Assembly (NCBI GenBank): GCA_035285125.1
Contig: JAYKHR010000165.1
Coordinates: 32,001-96,000 of the forward strand
Length of the DNA stretch: 64,000 nucleotides
Reading direction: 5' to 3'
DNA from: Candidatus Sericytochromatia bacterium
Lineage (GTDB): Bacteria; Cyanobacteriota; Sericytochromatia; S15B-MN24; JAQBPE01
Of the stretch, positions 50,749 to 59,696 are shown in pieces (the stretch's first letter is position 1; each line of letters starts with the position of its first letter). Under the pieces are notes generated by a model. It was not told the origin of the DNA, ran no database searches, and saw only the letters and a list, made by a program, of their open reading frames with translations. The position numbers and the translations under genes were made by a program.

Positions 50749-52014
50749 ATGCCACGCCACCTGCTGCTTTCCTTGATCACCGCCCTGGCCTGCGCCACCA
50801 CTGGTTGCAGCCAGGCAGGCGCGCGGGAAGGCAAGACCGAGCTGCGGTTCTGGACGATGCAGCTGCGCCCCACCTTCGACGACTACGTCGGCGGGCTGAT
50901 TGCCTCGTGGGAGCGGCGCCACCCCGAGGTGAAGGTCAAGTGGGTGGACCTGCCCGCCAACGAGATCGAGAACAAGACGCTCACGGCGGCGGCCAGTGGT
51001 CGCGTGCCGGACCTCGTCAACCTGAACCCGATGTTCTCCAACAAGCTCGCAACGGCCCGGGCGCTCGTCCCGCTGAAGCTCCCCACCGAGGTGCGGGCGC
51101 GCTACTTCCCGGCGGCCTTCGAGGCAAACACCGTGCGGGACGCCACCATCGGCGTGCCGTGGTACCTGTCCACCTCGATCACGCTCTATAACCGGGACCT
51201 CTGGCGTCAGGCCGGGCTGGCTGCCGGGAGCTGGCCGACGGACTACAGGGCCCTGGCCGAGGCCGCTCGCGTCATCCGGGATCGCACCGGCCAGCACGGG
51301 TTCCTGCCGGCCTTCGGCGATCGCGGCAAGTTCCTGGAGCTGCTCTCGCTGGAAGGCGTGCCGCTGCTCGCGGCCGACCGCCGGCACGCGGGCTTCAACG
51401 GCCCCGAGGGCCTGGCTGCGATGCGGTTCTGGGTGGGACTCTTCCACGACGGCACGCTGCCCCAAGAGGCCCTGACGCAGAACCACCGGGAGGGCATCGA
51501 TCGCTTCCAGGCCGGACAGGTCGCGGCGTTGCCCGCAGGCCCCCAGTTCCTCAAGCTGCTGCGCCAGAACGCCCCGCAGCTTTACGACAAGCTCGGGCTC
51601 GGGCCGCAGGTCGGCGGGGCGTCCGGGGCCGTGGGCATGCAGGTGATGAACCTCGTGATCCCCGTGGCGAGCGTCCACCAGGACCTCGCGCTGGACCTCG
51701 CGCTGCACGTGACCTCCGGCGAGAGCCAGCTGGCCTTCTGTCGCATCGTGCCGATCCTGCCATCGGTGCAGGCCACGGTGGAGGATCCATACTTCACCGC
51801 CCGCGCCGAGGCCCCCCTGGAGGAGCGCGCCCGGGCCCTCGCAGCGGCCCAACTCCGCCGCGCCACGCTGCTGGTGCCGCCGCTCTACCGGCAGGCCGAG
51901 CTGGCCAAGGCCCTCGACACCGCGCTGCAACGGGCGGTGCTCAAGCAACAGACGCCCGAAGAGTCACTACGACAGGCGGCGGACGAATGGGAACAGATCC
52001 TGGCATCCTCCTGA
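50749..52014 (+). CDS. Sugar ABC transporter substrate-binding lipoprotein
   Basis: TTG-C lipobox; 'FWTMQL.P.F..Y','PDLVNLNP','PWYL'. Confidence 0.9.
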   Translation: MPRHLLLSLITALACATTGCSQAGAREGKTELRFWTMQLRPTFDDYVGGLIASWERRHPEVKVKWVDLPANEIENKTLTAAASGRVPDLVNLNPMFSNKLATARALVPLKLPTEVRARYFPAAFEANTVRDATIGVPWYLSTSITLYNRDLWRQAGLAAGSWPTDYRALAEAARVIRDRTGQHGFLPAFGDRGKFLELLSLEGVPLLAADRRHAGFNGPEGLAAMRFWVGLFHDGTLPQEALTQNHREGIDRFQAGQVAALPAGPQFLKLLRQNAPQLYDKLGLGPQVGGASGAVGMQVMNLVIPVASVHQDLALDLALHVTSGESQLAFCRIVPILPSVQATVEDPYFTARAEAPLEERARALAAAQLRRATLLVPPLYRQAELAKALDTALQRAVLKQQTPEESLRQAADEWEQILASS

Positions 52015-52934
52015 ACGAGCGGGGCCCCGCCCCGGCCCCCCAGGCTGCGGCCCGGGAGGCCCTGCTGCGCGTGGCTGCCCCCTACTTGTTCCTGCTGCCG
52101 GCAGGCCTGGTGCTCGGCGTCTTCATGTTCGCGCCGCTGGCCTATGCCTTCGCCCTGAGCTTCACGGACTTCAACGCCCTGGTGCCGCCGTCCTGGGTGG
52201 GCCTGGCGAACTACGAGCGCCTCGTGCACGACCCCGTGTTCTGGAAGACGCTGCGCAACACGGTGGTCTACCTGCTGGGTGTCGTGCCGGCACTGGTGGT
52301 GCTGCCGCTGTTCCTCGCCGTGCTCGTGAATCGCTCCCTGCCGGGGGTGGCAGCCTTTCGGGCGGCCTACTACCTGCCGGTCGTCATCTCGATGGTGGTG
52401 GCTGGCCTCATGTGGAAATGGCTGTTCGCCGAGAACGGGCTGCTCAACTATGGGTTGGGCCTCGTGGTGCCGTGGATTGCCGCGCATCCCGTCGCCTGGC
52501 TCGCGCGGCCGGAGACGGCGCTGGCGGCCGTCATGGTGGTGACGGTCTGGAAGGGCCTGGGCTACTACATGGTCATTTACCTGGCCGGGCTGCAGACCAT
52601 CCCGCAGGACATCTACGAGTCTGCGGAGATGGACGGGGCCACGCGCTGGCAGGCCACCATCCGCCTGACGGTGCCGCTGCTGTGGCCGTCGATCGCCTTC
52701 GTCGCGATCGTCTCCAGCATCGCAGCCCTGAAGACCTTCACTGAAATCTACGTCATGACCGACGGCGGCCCGCTCAACAGCAGCACGACGGTGGTGTACT
52801 ACCTCTACCAGCAAGCCTTCCAGAACCTCAACATGGGCTACGCGAACGCCATCGGGATGGTGCTGTTCGTGCTCATCCTCGGCCTGTCCCTGCTGAACCT
52901 ACGCGCCTTCGAGCAAGGCCAAACCCCCTCCTGA
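51987..52934 (+). CDS. Carbohydrate ABC transporter permease
   Basis: 'PYLFLLP','VGLANY','WKGLGYYMVIYLAGLQ.IP..IYE.A..DGA','ITVP-like LTVPLL'. Confidence 0.92.
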   Translation: MGTDPGILLNERGPAPAPQAAAREALLRVAAPYLFLLPAGLVLGVFMFAPLAYAFALSFTDFNALVPPSWVGLANYERLVHDPVFWKTLRNTVVYLLGVVPALVVLPLFLAVLVNRSLPGVAAFRAAYYLPVVISMVVAGLMWKWLFAENGLLNYGLGLVVPWIAAHPVAWLARPETALAAVMVVTVWKGLGYYMVIYLAGLQTIPQDIYESAEMDGATRWQATIRLTVPLLWPSIAFVAIVSSIAALKTFTEIYVMTDGGPLNSSTTVVYYLYQQAFQNLNMGYANAIGMVLFVLILGLSLLNLRAFEQGQTPS

Positions 52935-52952
52935 GGCTCCTGGGAGGCCACC

Positions 52953-53378
52953 ATGTCGCTCCGCCCTGCCGCCCTCGCCGCGTTCGGCCTGGCCCTGTTC
53001 GGGGCCTCGGTCTATGGCCTGACCCTGGCCCTGCGTCCCCCGGCCACGGCCGGCCACGCGGCGACATCACCCCCGCCCGGGGCCGCCTCTGCGGGGCCCG
53101 CTTCGGTGTCTCCAGCCTCCACGGCAGGGCCCGAGGCGAGAACCTCACCCGCACCCCTCGCCGTGCTCGGCGAGGCGCTTTACAGGCGGGAGTGCCAGGC
53201 GTGTCACGGCCTCGGCGGAGAGGGCGGAATGGGGCCTGCGTTGAGAGGCCGGCGTGATGCCGGGGTCATCCGGCGCGCCATCACGCTCGGGCGTCCGGCG
53301 AACGGGATGCCCGCTCTCGGCAACCGCCTGACCTCGGGCGAGGTGGAGGCCGTGACGGCCTACGTCCGAACGCTCTGA
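52953..53378 (+). CDS. Membrane-anchored monoheme cytochrome c
   Basis: N-terminal TM, linker, CQACHG, GPAL, MP axial ligand. Confidence 0.88.
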   Translation: MSLRPAALAAFGLALFGASVYGLTLALRPPATAGHAATSPPPGAASAGPASVSPASTAGPEARTSPAPLAVLGEALYRRECQACHGLGGEGGMGPALRGRRDAGVIRRAITLGRPANGMPALGNRLTSGEVEAVTAYVRTL

Positions 53379-53385
53379 GGGCAGC

Positions 53386-54144
53386 TCAGCCGACGGCCTC
53401 GAGGGTGTCGCCAGGGCGCAGGACGCCCCCGTCGTTGACCTCCGCAAGCCAGCCGGCCTCGCGGGCGTAGAGCACCTCCAGCCGGAGCGGCCCCGCTTCC
53501 AAGCAGGCCCCGGGCACGAGGGCCTCGAGGTCCAAGGTGTTGAGCCACGCCACGGGCTGATCAGGGTTCGGCTCGGCGCCCTCCGGCATCAGCTGCACCT
53601 GGGACTGGCCCTCCAGCACGAGCAGCCGCGTCGCCCCTTCCCTGCCAGAGAGGGCCGTCACCTGGGCCCGGAAGTGCCGAAACACCCCGCGCTTGCCCCC
53701 GGTCTTGGAGACGAGCCACGTCGGTCCGATCACCATCGTGGGGTCGGAGGCCTTGATCATGTCGTACAGCGTCAGCGCCGCGACGGTGGCCGCCGTCAGC
53801 GCCTCCATCTCGACGCCCGTCGGGGCGAAGGCCTGCACGCGCGCCTCGATTTCAATCTGGGAGAGCGCCTCGTTGAGGCGGAAGTGAAGGTCGGCACCGG
53901 AGAGTGGCAGGGTGTGGCACATGGGGATCCACTCCCCCGTGCGCTTGGCGGCCAGGATGCCCGCCACCTGTGCCGGCCCGAACACGTCCCCCTTCGTCAG
54001 CGCGCCATCCCGCACGGCGGCCAGCGTCTCGGGCGTCATCCGCAGGGCGCTTCGGGCCACGGCCTGCCGGCTCGTGGCGGGCTTCCCCGCCACGTCGACC
54101 ATGCGGGGGCGGCCCTCGGCGTTCAGGTGGGTGAAGGGGGTCAT
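53386..54144 (-). CDS. moaC: MoaC with a C-terminal degenerate MOSC-like extension
   Basis: 'FTHLN..G..RMVDV..K','KGDV','AAKRT..IPMCH','TGVEMEALTA','LT.YDM.K','KTGGK'; about 90 extra residues. Confidence 0.92.
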   Translation of the reverse strand: MTPFTHLNAEGRPRMVDVAGKPATSRQAVARSALRMTPETLAAVRDGALTKGDVFGPAQVAGILAAKRTGEWIPMCHTLPLSGADLHFRLNEALSQIEIEARVQAFAPTGVEMEALTAATVAALTLYDMIKASDPTMVIGPTWLVSKTGGKRGVFRHFRAQVTALSGREGATRLLVLEGQSQVQLMPEGAEPNPDQPVAWLNTLDLEALVPGACLEAGPLRLEVLYAREAGWLAEVNDGGVLRPGDTLEAVG

Positions 54145-54262
54145 GGCACCATCCTCCGGGCTTGGCCCCGGCCGAGGCCGCCCAGGCTCGTGCGACACGA
54201 GCGGGCTGCCGGCACCGAGGCACGGAACTTCGGCGGGACCCTCGCGGCTCCCCCCGGTCCTC

Positions 54263-55249
54263 CTACCCGCCGATCTGGGACATGCTCCGCAGGTGCAAGG
54301 CGATGCCCGCGGCCCCCTGGTGCCGCTCGCGCTTGCGCTGGAGGTCCGCCACCACCGAGGCACGGATCTCGGCCGCCGACACCCCACCACGCAGCAAGGC
54401 GCGGACGTCGAGTTCGTGGTCCGACAAGAGGCAATGGCGCAGCTTGCCGTCTGAGGTCAGGCGCACGCGGTTGCAGGCGTCGCAGAAGTCGTGGCTCATC
54501 TGGCTGATGACGCCGATCGTGCCTGTCGCCCCTGGCACCCGCCAGTACCGCGCGGGGCCATTGCCTGCCACCTCGGGCGCCGCCAGCGGGACGAGCTCGT
54601 GGTGTTCGCGAATGGTTGCCAGCACCTCGCTGGTGGGAACATAGCCCACCTGCTCGAACAGAGCATGGTCGCCGACAGGCATGAACTCGATGAACCGCAC
54701 GTGCCAGGGGTGCGCCAAGGTCAGCGCAGCGAAGGCGGCCACCTCGTCCTCGTTGAAGCCCCGCATGACGACGCAATTCAGCTTGAGCGGAGAAAATCCT
54801 GCCTGCTCCGCCGCTGCGATCCCGGCCCAGACCCGCGCGAGGTCGGCGCCGCGGGTGATGTGCCGGAACCTGTCCGGCCGCAGGGAGTCCAGCGAGACGT
54901 TCACCCTCGTAACACCTGCCGCCCGCAGGGCCTCGGCCTGGCCAGCGAGCAGCACGCCGTTGGTCGTGAGCGCGACGTCCGTGATGCCCGGCAGGGCCGC
55001 CAACTGCCCGGCCAGCTGGTGGAGGTCGCGGCGCACGAGCGGCTCGCCCCCCGTCAGCCGCAGGCGCGAGATGCCAAGCGGCACGGCCACGTGGCGAACG
55101 AACGCGATGATCTCCTCGTAGCTGAGCACGTCCTCGCGCTCGAAGTAATCGAGCCCCTCAGCCGGCATGCAGTAGTGGCACCGCATGTTGCAGCGGTCCG
55201 TGACGGAGATTCGAAGGTAGTCGACCCGGCGACCGAAGGCGTCCTGCAC
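54263..55249 (-). CDS. moaA: GTP 3',8-cyclase MoaA
   Basis: YLRISVTDRCNMRCHYCMP, TGGEPL, RFIEFMP, FCDACNRVRLT.DG....CL, MSQIGG. Confidence 0.96.
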   Translation of the reverse strand: MQDAFGRRVDYLRISVTDRCNMRCHYCMPAEGLDYFEREDVLSYEEIIAFVRHVAVPLGISRLRLTGGEPLVRRDLHQLAGQLAALPGITDVALTTNGVLLAGQAEALRAAGVTRVNVSLDSLRPDRFRHITRGADLARVWAGIAAAEQAGFSPLKLNCVVMRGFNEDEVAAFAALTLAHPWHVRFIEFMPVGDHALFEQVGYVPTSEVLATIREHHELVPLAAPEVAGNGPARYWRVPGATGTIGVISQMSHDFCDACNRVRLTSDGKLRHCLLSDHELDVRALLRGGVSAAEIRASVVADLQRKRERHQGAAGIALHLRSMSQIGG

Positions 55250-55479
55250 GTGGGCATTGTACCAGGCGTCACCCGGTCCCGAGGACGCGTCGGCAGCGCG
55301 GACAAGCGCGGTTCCCAAATTCAACGTTTGCCCGTAAGATACCCGGATGCCTCAGGGACGCCGGAAGCGCCCTTTGGACTTGAAGCCCGCGCACTGGTGC
55401 GACCGTGGACCACACGTCGGGGTTGCCCCCAACCCTCAGCGCCCCGGGCCGTCGCCAACGTGAATCGAAGGGAAATCGG

Positions 55480-56130
55480 ATGAAAAAAGCACTGCTCCCC
55501 CTGGGCCTCCTCGCCGGCACGACGCTGGCTGGCTGCGCGTTGTGGGCCGGCACGACGCCTCAGCCCGGGGCGGACGTGCGGCTCAAGGTCAGCGTCGCAC
55601 CCCTGCCTGCGGCCTACAGCTTGCAGCAACTCGCGGCCCCGTGCATCTCCGAGGCCCGCGGCGAGAACGGCGTGGCGACGGACATCGTCGATGTAGACAC
55701 GGTGGCCTCGTTCACCAAGGCAGGCCTGGTTCGCGTGGACTTCTACGCCAAGAAGACGGGCACCAACGACACGCCCGTGATGATCGTCAGCGTGCTCAAC
55801 AACGGGGACCTCGACAGCCCCGTCGCGCTCCGCCTGACGCCGGAGACCAACTTCGACATCACGTGGCGCGCCTTCCACCCGAAGGACGCCAGCCCCTCGG
55901 CGCCGTCGGTGCTGGTCGAGGCACAGCATAACGGAGGCACTGTCAACGGCCTTGCCGAGGCGTCCCGCACGCTGCAAGTCACGACCCCCGCCCGGGGCGG
56001 CACCCTGACGCAGAACGTCACGATCCACCTGGCCAACCGCTGCTTCAGCGGCAAGTTCGGCAACGGGGCGCTGACGGTCCAGACCAACGCGGCGGCGACG
56101 CCCACGGTCGAGCACCTGCCCGGCAACTGA
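55480..56130 (+). CDS. Orphan lipoprotein (cluster member 1)
   Basis: LAG-C lipobox; YSLQQ motif; beta-rich; Cys pair. Confidence 0.75.
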   Translation: MKKALLPLGLLAGTTLAGCALWAGTTPQPGADVRLKVSVAPLPAAYSLQQLAAPCISEARGENGVATDIVDVDTVASFTKAGLVRVDFYAKKTGTNDTPVMIVSVLNNGDLDSPVALRLTPETNFDITWRAFHPKDASPSAPSVLVEAQHNGGTVNGLAEASRTLQVTTPARGGTLTQNVTIHLANRCFSGKFGNGALTVQTNAAATPTVEHLPGN

Positions 56131-56184
56131 ACCGCAGCTTTCGACCCCGTCCCGCTGACGCGTAACGCCTGTGAGGGTTCTCCA

Positions 56185-57441
56185 TTGAACAAGCATCGTC
56201 ACCTCTTCCTGACTTCCGCCATCGCCGCCGCGTGCGGCTTGCTCGGCTGCACGCCCTTCGCGGGCATCAATCCGACGGGCGTTTTGGCGCCGGCCGCTGC
56301 CCGCGGCTTCCGGCTCAAGGGCACGGTCTCTTTGAACGACGCCCCGGTGCCCAACGCGCACATGCGCGCTTTTGACCTGGCCACGGGCAAGGAACTCGTG
56401 CTCGTGCCCTACACCGACGCCGGCCTGCCAAGGCCAGCCGCGCCCACCCGCACCATGGCGGACGGCAAGGGCTTCTTCGACTACGAGCTGCCCGTCATCA
56501 AGGCCGACCAGGTCATCAAGGTGGTGGCCGAGTGGGACGGCCGGGCCCTGGTCGGCCTGGTCGACGGCACGGGCCGCACGGTCGGTGGCGCCCCCGAAGC
56601 CTCGCCCTTCAGGCTGGCGCAGGCCTCGCCGGCGGCCACGGCCACGTTGCAACTCACGATCAACCTGCGGCTGACAGCCGCAACGACCTCAGCGGCGAAG
56701 TCCTTCGAGGGCGTGGTCAAGACGACTTTCCAGCTGCGGGGGCCCTCGGCGGGCACCTCGCTGGAGGCGGCCATGAAGGCGGCCGCCGCGGCCATTGCGG
56801 CTCTGGAGAAGTCCCTTGCCAAGCAGACCGACATCCAGGACCGCATCGCCATCGCGCTCGACGACCGCGGCGAGTTCGATCCCACGGCCAGCTTCCAGAC
56901 CGTGCTGAACGGCGTGGGGATGGTAGACCCCCTCCTCGACGAGGTCGAGAAGCTGCTCGGCCAGTTCGCCGAGACGCAGAAGAAGGAAGCGCCGCCCAAG
57001 AACGAAGGCCTCGACGCCATCACGCAGGAGGACTTCCCCCTCGGCCGCATCAAGATCACGCTCGACGGCTCATTCGCGTTCACGGACGAGGACGGCAAGA
57101 CGACGGCGGGAACCTTCGGCTCCGGCCAGTTCGTGCCGAACGACGGCCCGTCTGCGGCCCCCAGCGAGGCCCCCTCGGCTGCGCCGTCAGCGGCGCCCAC
57201 CGCAGCCCCGACGGCGGCACCTACGAGCGCCCCGTCCGCTTCTCCGACGACCTCGGGCGGCAGCGGCGGGTCTGGCGGTGGCAACCCCAACACCTCCCAG
57301 AACTTCAGCACCGTGACGGGCAGCATCACGATCAACAGCGGTGGCATTGCGGACCAGACTCCGGGGGCCACGTTGACCTGTGAGTACTACGACACCAACC
57401 CGGCGGCCACCCAGACCTGCACCGAGCGGCTGATTCCGTAA
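56185..57441 (+). CDS. Orphan lipoprotein (member 2): prealbumin-like N-domain, helical region, PSAA/PTAA linker
   Basis: LLG-C lipobox; 'LKGTV....PV.....RAFDL','D..G.F.Y.LP'; TTG start. Confidence 0.7.
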   Translation: MNKHRHLFLTSAIAAACGLLGCTPFAGINPTGVLAPAAARGFRLKGTVSLNDAPVPNAHMRAFDLATGKELVLVPYTDAGLPRPAAPTRTMADGKGFFDYELPVIKADQVIKVVAEWDGRALVGLVDGTGRTVGGAPEASPFRLAQASPAATATLQLTINLRLTAATTSAAKSFEGVVKTTFQLRGPSAGTSLEAAMKAAAAAIAALEKSLAKQTDIQDRIAIALDDRGEFDPTASFQTVLNGVGMVDPLLDEVEKLLGQFAETQKKEAPPKNEGLDAITQEDFPLGRIKITLDGSFAFTDEDGKTTAGTFGSGQFVPNDGPSAAPSEAPSAAPSAAPTAAPTAAPTSAPSASPTTSGGSGGSGGGNPNTSQNFSTVTGSITINSGGIADQTPGATLTCEYYDTNPAATQTCTERLIP

Positions 57442-57463
57442 CCCCCAGAGGAGACTGGCACGC

Positions 57464-58312
57464 ATGAACCCCACTCACTCCAAGGCCGCTCTGGCGGCAC
57501 TCTCGGCGGCGCTCCTCGCGGGGTGCGCGGCGCCTGTCCTGATGGGCAAGGTCGGCACGCCGGCCCGGGCCGAAAAGGTCACGCTTCCCGTAGGCCTCGA
57601 CGTCGTCGCCACGGGTTACCGGCGCCTGCTTGCCGCTGGCGACTGTGACATCCCCATCGCTGGGGGCTACGGCCTGGACGACATCTCCAGCCTCACGGTG
57701 CGCGTCGACTACGCCTCTGCGGCCCTGACGGACGACGCCCTGACGCTTGAGAACCTGGCTGGCACGCTAGACGCCTCCTCCACCCTCCGGCTCACGGACC
57801 TGGAGCCCAACGCCACGGCCACCGTCTGGATCGAGGGCTACATGAACGGCACGCTCATCACGGCGGACACGCCGGCCACCAGCGTGCTGGACACGCGGTT
57901 CGGCACGCACGGTGGCGACCAGCTCCGCCCGCTGATGGTCGCACAGCGCCTGAAGGTGGCGTTCAAGGGGCGGCCGGTGGTCGGCAAGTGGGTCGTGAAC
58001 GCCTACTCCACCGACCCGACGGCCTCGTCGATGCAGGTGACGCTGGAGGATGTCTCCGACGTTGAGCTTGGGCTCGACGCGTCGTGCACCCAGGCGCAAG
58101 CCATCAGCGGCGTGCTGGATGGCACGGAGGGGGCCGCCGTCTTCGGCAACCTGATCGTCGGTCACGTCTACAAGGCGACGCTCGAGAGCCGGGATGCGGG
58201 TGGCACCCCGAACCCGGCCACGACGAACTCGGCCACCTTCACCCTCGACCCCAACCTCTTCGACACGCTCAACGGCGAGGCCGGCCAGATCGACCTCGAG
58301 TCCACACCCTAG
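57464..58312 (+). CDS. Orphan lipoprotein (member 3), two beta-sandwich repeats
   Basis: LAG-C lipobox; YRRLL; 'LTDLEPN','FGNLIVGHVYKA'. Confidence 0.75.
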   Translation: MNPTHSKAALAALSAALLAGCAAPVLMGKVGTPARAEKVTLPVGLDVVATGYRRLLAAGDCDIPIAGGYGLDDISSLTVRVDYASAALTDDALTLENLAGTLDASSTLRLTDLEPNATATVWIEGYMNGTLITADTPATSVLDTRFGTHGGDQLRPLMVAQRLKVAFKGRPVVGKWVVNAYSTDPTASSMQVTLEDVSDVELGLDASCTQAQAISGVLDGTEGAAVFGNLIVGHVYKATLESRDAGGTPNPATTNSATFTLDPNLFDTLNGEAGQIDLESTP

Positions 58313-58330
58313 TAAGGAGCCAGAACACCC

Positions 58331-59488
58331 ATGAAGCCCATTCACCTTCTGGCGACGCTGGCCCTGCTGGCTGGCTGTTCGTTGCCTGCCCACACCCCGG
58401 TGGCCGGCACCGTGCCCGTGGCGGGCTCCGCCACGGCCGGCGGCCTGGTCGATCTGCCCGTGGAGCTCCACCTGAAGCAGCCCGGCCGGTCTTACGGCCT
58501 GCAGCAGACGCCCGTCGCGTCCGACGTTGTTGCGACAGGCACCTACGACTCGGCCAACCTCGGCGCACTCATCCGGGCCGTGACCGTGCAGGTGATCACG
58601 GACGGCGTCCCACAGTCCGGCGTGCTGACCGTGCCCTCCCAGGCCTCGGCCGCCCTGTACCCCTACGCCACGGCGGGCCAGGGCTACGCCCGCTGGGAGA
58701 TCTTCCGGTTCGCCAACGGCATCACGGCGCCCACGCCGCCCACAATCACGATCCGCGGCCTGCAACTTGGCAAGCTGCATCGCGCCATCGTGCGGGCGTA
58801 CGGTGACGGCGTGGTGCCGGCCACCGTGTACGACCCGAACGCCGACCCGGCCGCCACGGCCGCCGTGCGCCTCTCCGACGACGCGGAGTCGACGACGGAG
58901 CTGGACCTCCGGTCTGGCGCCACCCTGCCCACCAAGGGCAAGCTGACGCTGAGCCTGTACCCCGTCGAGGCGACGCTGGGGCCCTGGTACGCCGATCCCG
59001 ACACCGGGGTCTACGGGCGGGCCCAGGCGGACGTGACCGGCGGCGACTGGATCAGCGCGAACGGCCTGGCGACGGTCACCGTCAACCCGCAACCCGCCAC
59101 CGAGGCCGTGAGCATCGACTTCGTGGGCACGCAGGCGGCGCCGCCCGCCACGCTGGATGCGGGTCAGCAAGCTCAGCTGGCCACGCTGAACGACGACGTG
59201 GTGAACTGCCTCACCAACGGCGGGGCGCTCAGCACAGAAATGGCCAACACCCGGCTGCCGGGTGGCGACAAGGTGCTCTCTATCGAAATCACCCTGGGCT
59301 CGACGGTCAACTGCAACGTGCTCCCGAACTACCGGTTCGTCGAGCGGAACTCGGTACTCGCCTCCGGGGCGACGGGACCCGAGCAAACCAAGCGCGGCTA
59401 CAAGCTGCTGACGAACATTGGCAATCCGACGCCGTACGTCGTCAACCTCAAGAACGGCACGATCCTCAGCTACATCAAGTACCAGTAA
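58331..59488 (+). CDS. Orphan lipoprotein (member 4)
   Basis: LAG-C lipobox; YGLQQ; 'ITIRGLQLG..HR..VRAY'; AGGAG RBS. Confidence 0.75.
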   Translation: MKPIHLLATLALLAGCSLPAHTPVAGTVPVAGSATAGGLVDLPVELHLKQPGRSYGLQQTPVASDVVATGTYDSANLGALIRAVTVQVITDGVPQSGVLTVPSQASAALYPYATAGQGYARWEIFRFANGITAPTPPTITIRGLQLGKLHRAIVRAYGDGVVPATVYDPNADPAATAAVRLSDDAESTTELDLRSGATLPTKGKLTLSLYPVEATLGPWYADPDTGVYGRAQADVTGGDWISANGLATVTVNPQPATEAVSIDFVGTQAAPPATLDAGQQAQLATLNDDVVNCLTNGGALSTEMANTRLPGGDKVLSIEITLGSTVNCNVLPNYRFVERNSVLASGATGPEQTKRGYKLLTNIGNPTPYVVNLKNGTILSYIKYQ

Positions 59489-59500
59489 GCCGTTCCACCG

Positions 59501-59535
59501 CGACGCCCCGCCTGCCCCGCGCAGGCGGGGCGTTG
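59501..59535 (+). terminator. Strong hairpin after the four-lipoprotein operon
   Basis: CGACGCCCCGCCTGC-loop-GCAGGCGGGGCGTTG. Confidence 0.6.
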
Positions 59536-59696
59536 TGCTTGGCGGCCCGCGGGAGCGACCGCCCACCTGTCTCCCCGACAGGCACCCGCGCCAGCCGCCC
59601 CGAGGTTGATCCGCCGCACAGACCCTCACCCCCGCCGCAGGCTACAACGGAGATGTGGGGCCGGCTGCGCGCGCCCCCCGTGACCACAGAGGTGTC

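Noticed and set aside
50749..53378. Functional link between the sugar ABC genes and cytochrome c
   Set aside because: Adjacency only; no shared pathway evidence in the sequence
55340..55479. c-di-GMP-II or Moco riboswitch between moaA and the lipoprotein cluster
   Set aside because: GTGCGACCG resembles the 3' end of c-di-GMP-II, but the upstream pseudoknot partner and kink-turn spacing are absent; moaA looks leaderless
57150..57250. Tandem ~12-bp repeats as a CRISPR array or VNTR (also 4330-4470 and 37280-37410)
   Set aside because: In-frame degenerate codons for PSAA/PTAA, GYG and PTPA linkers; no repeat-spacer structure and no cas genes
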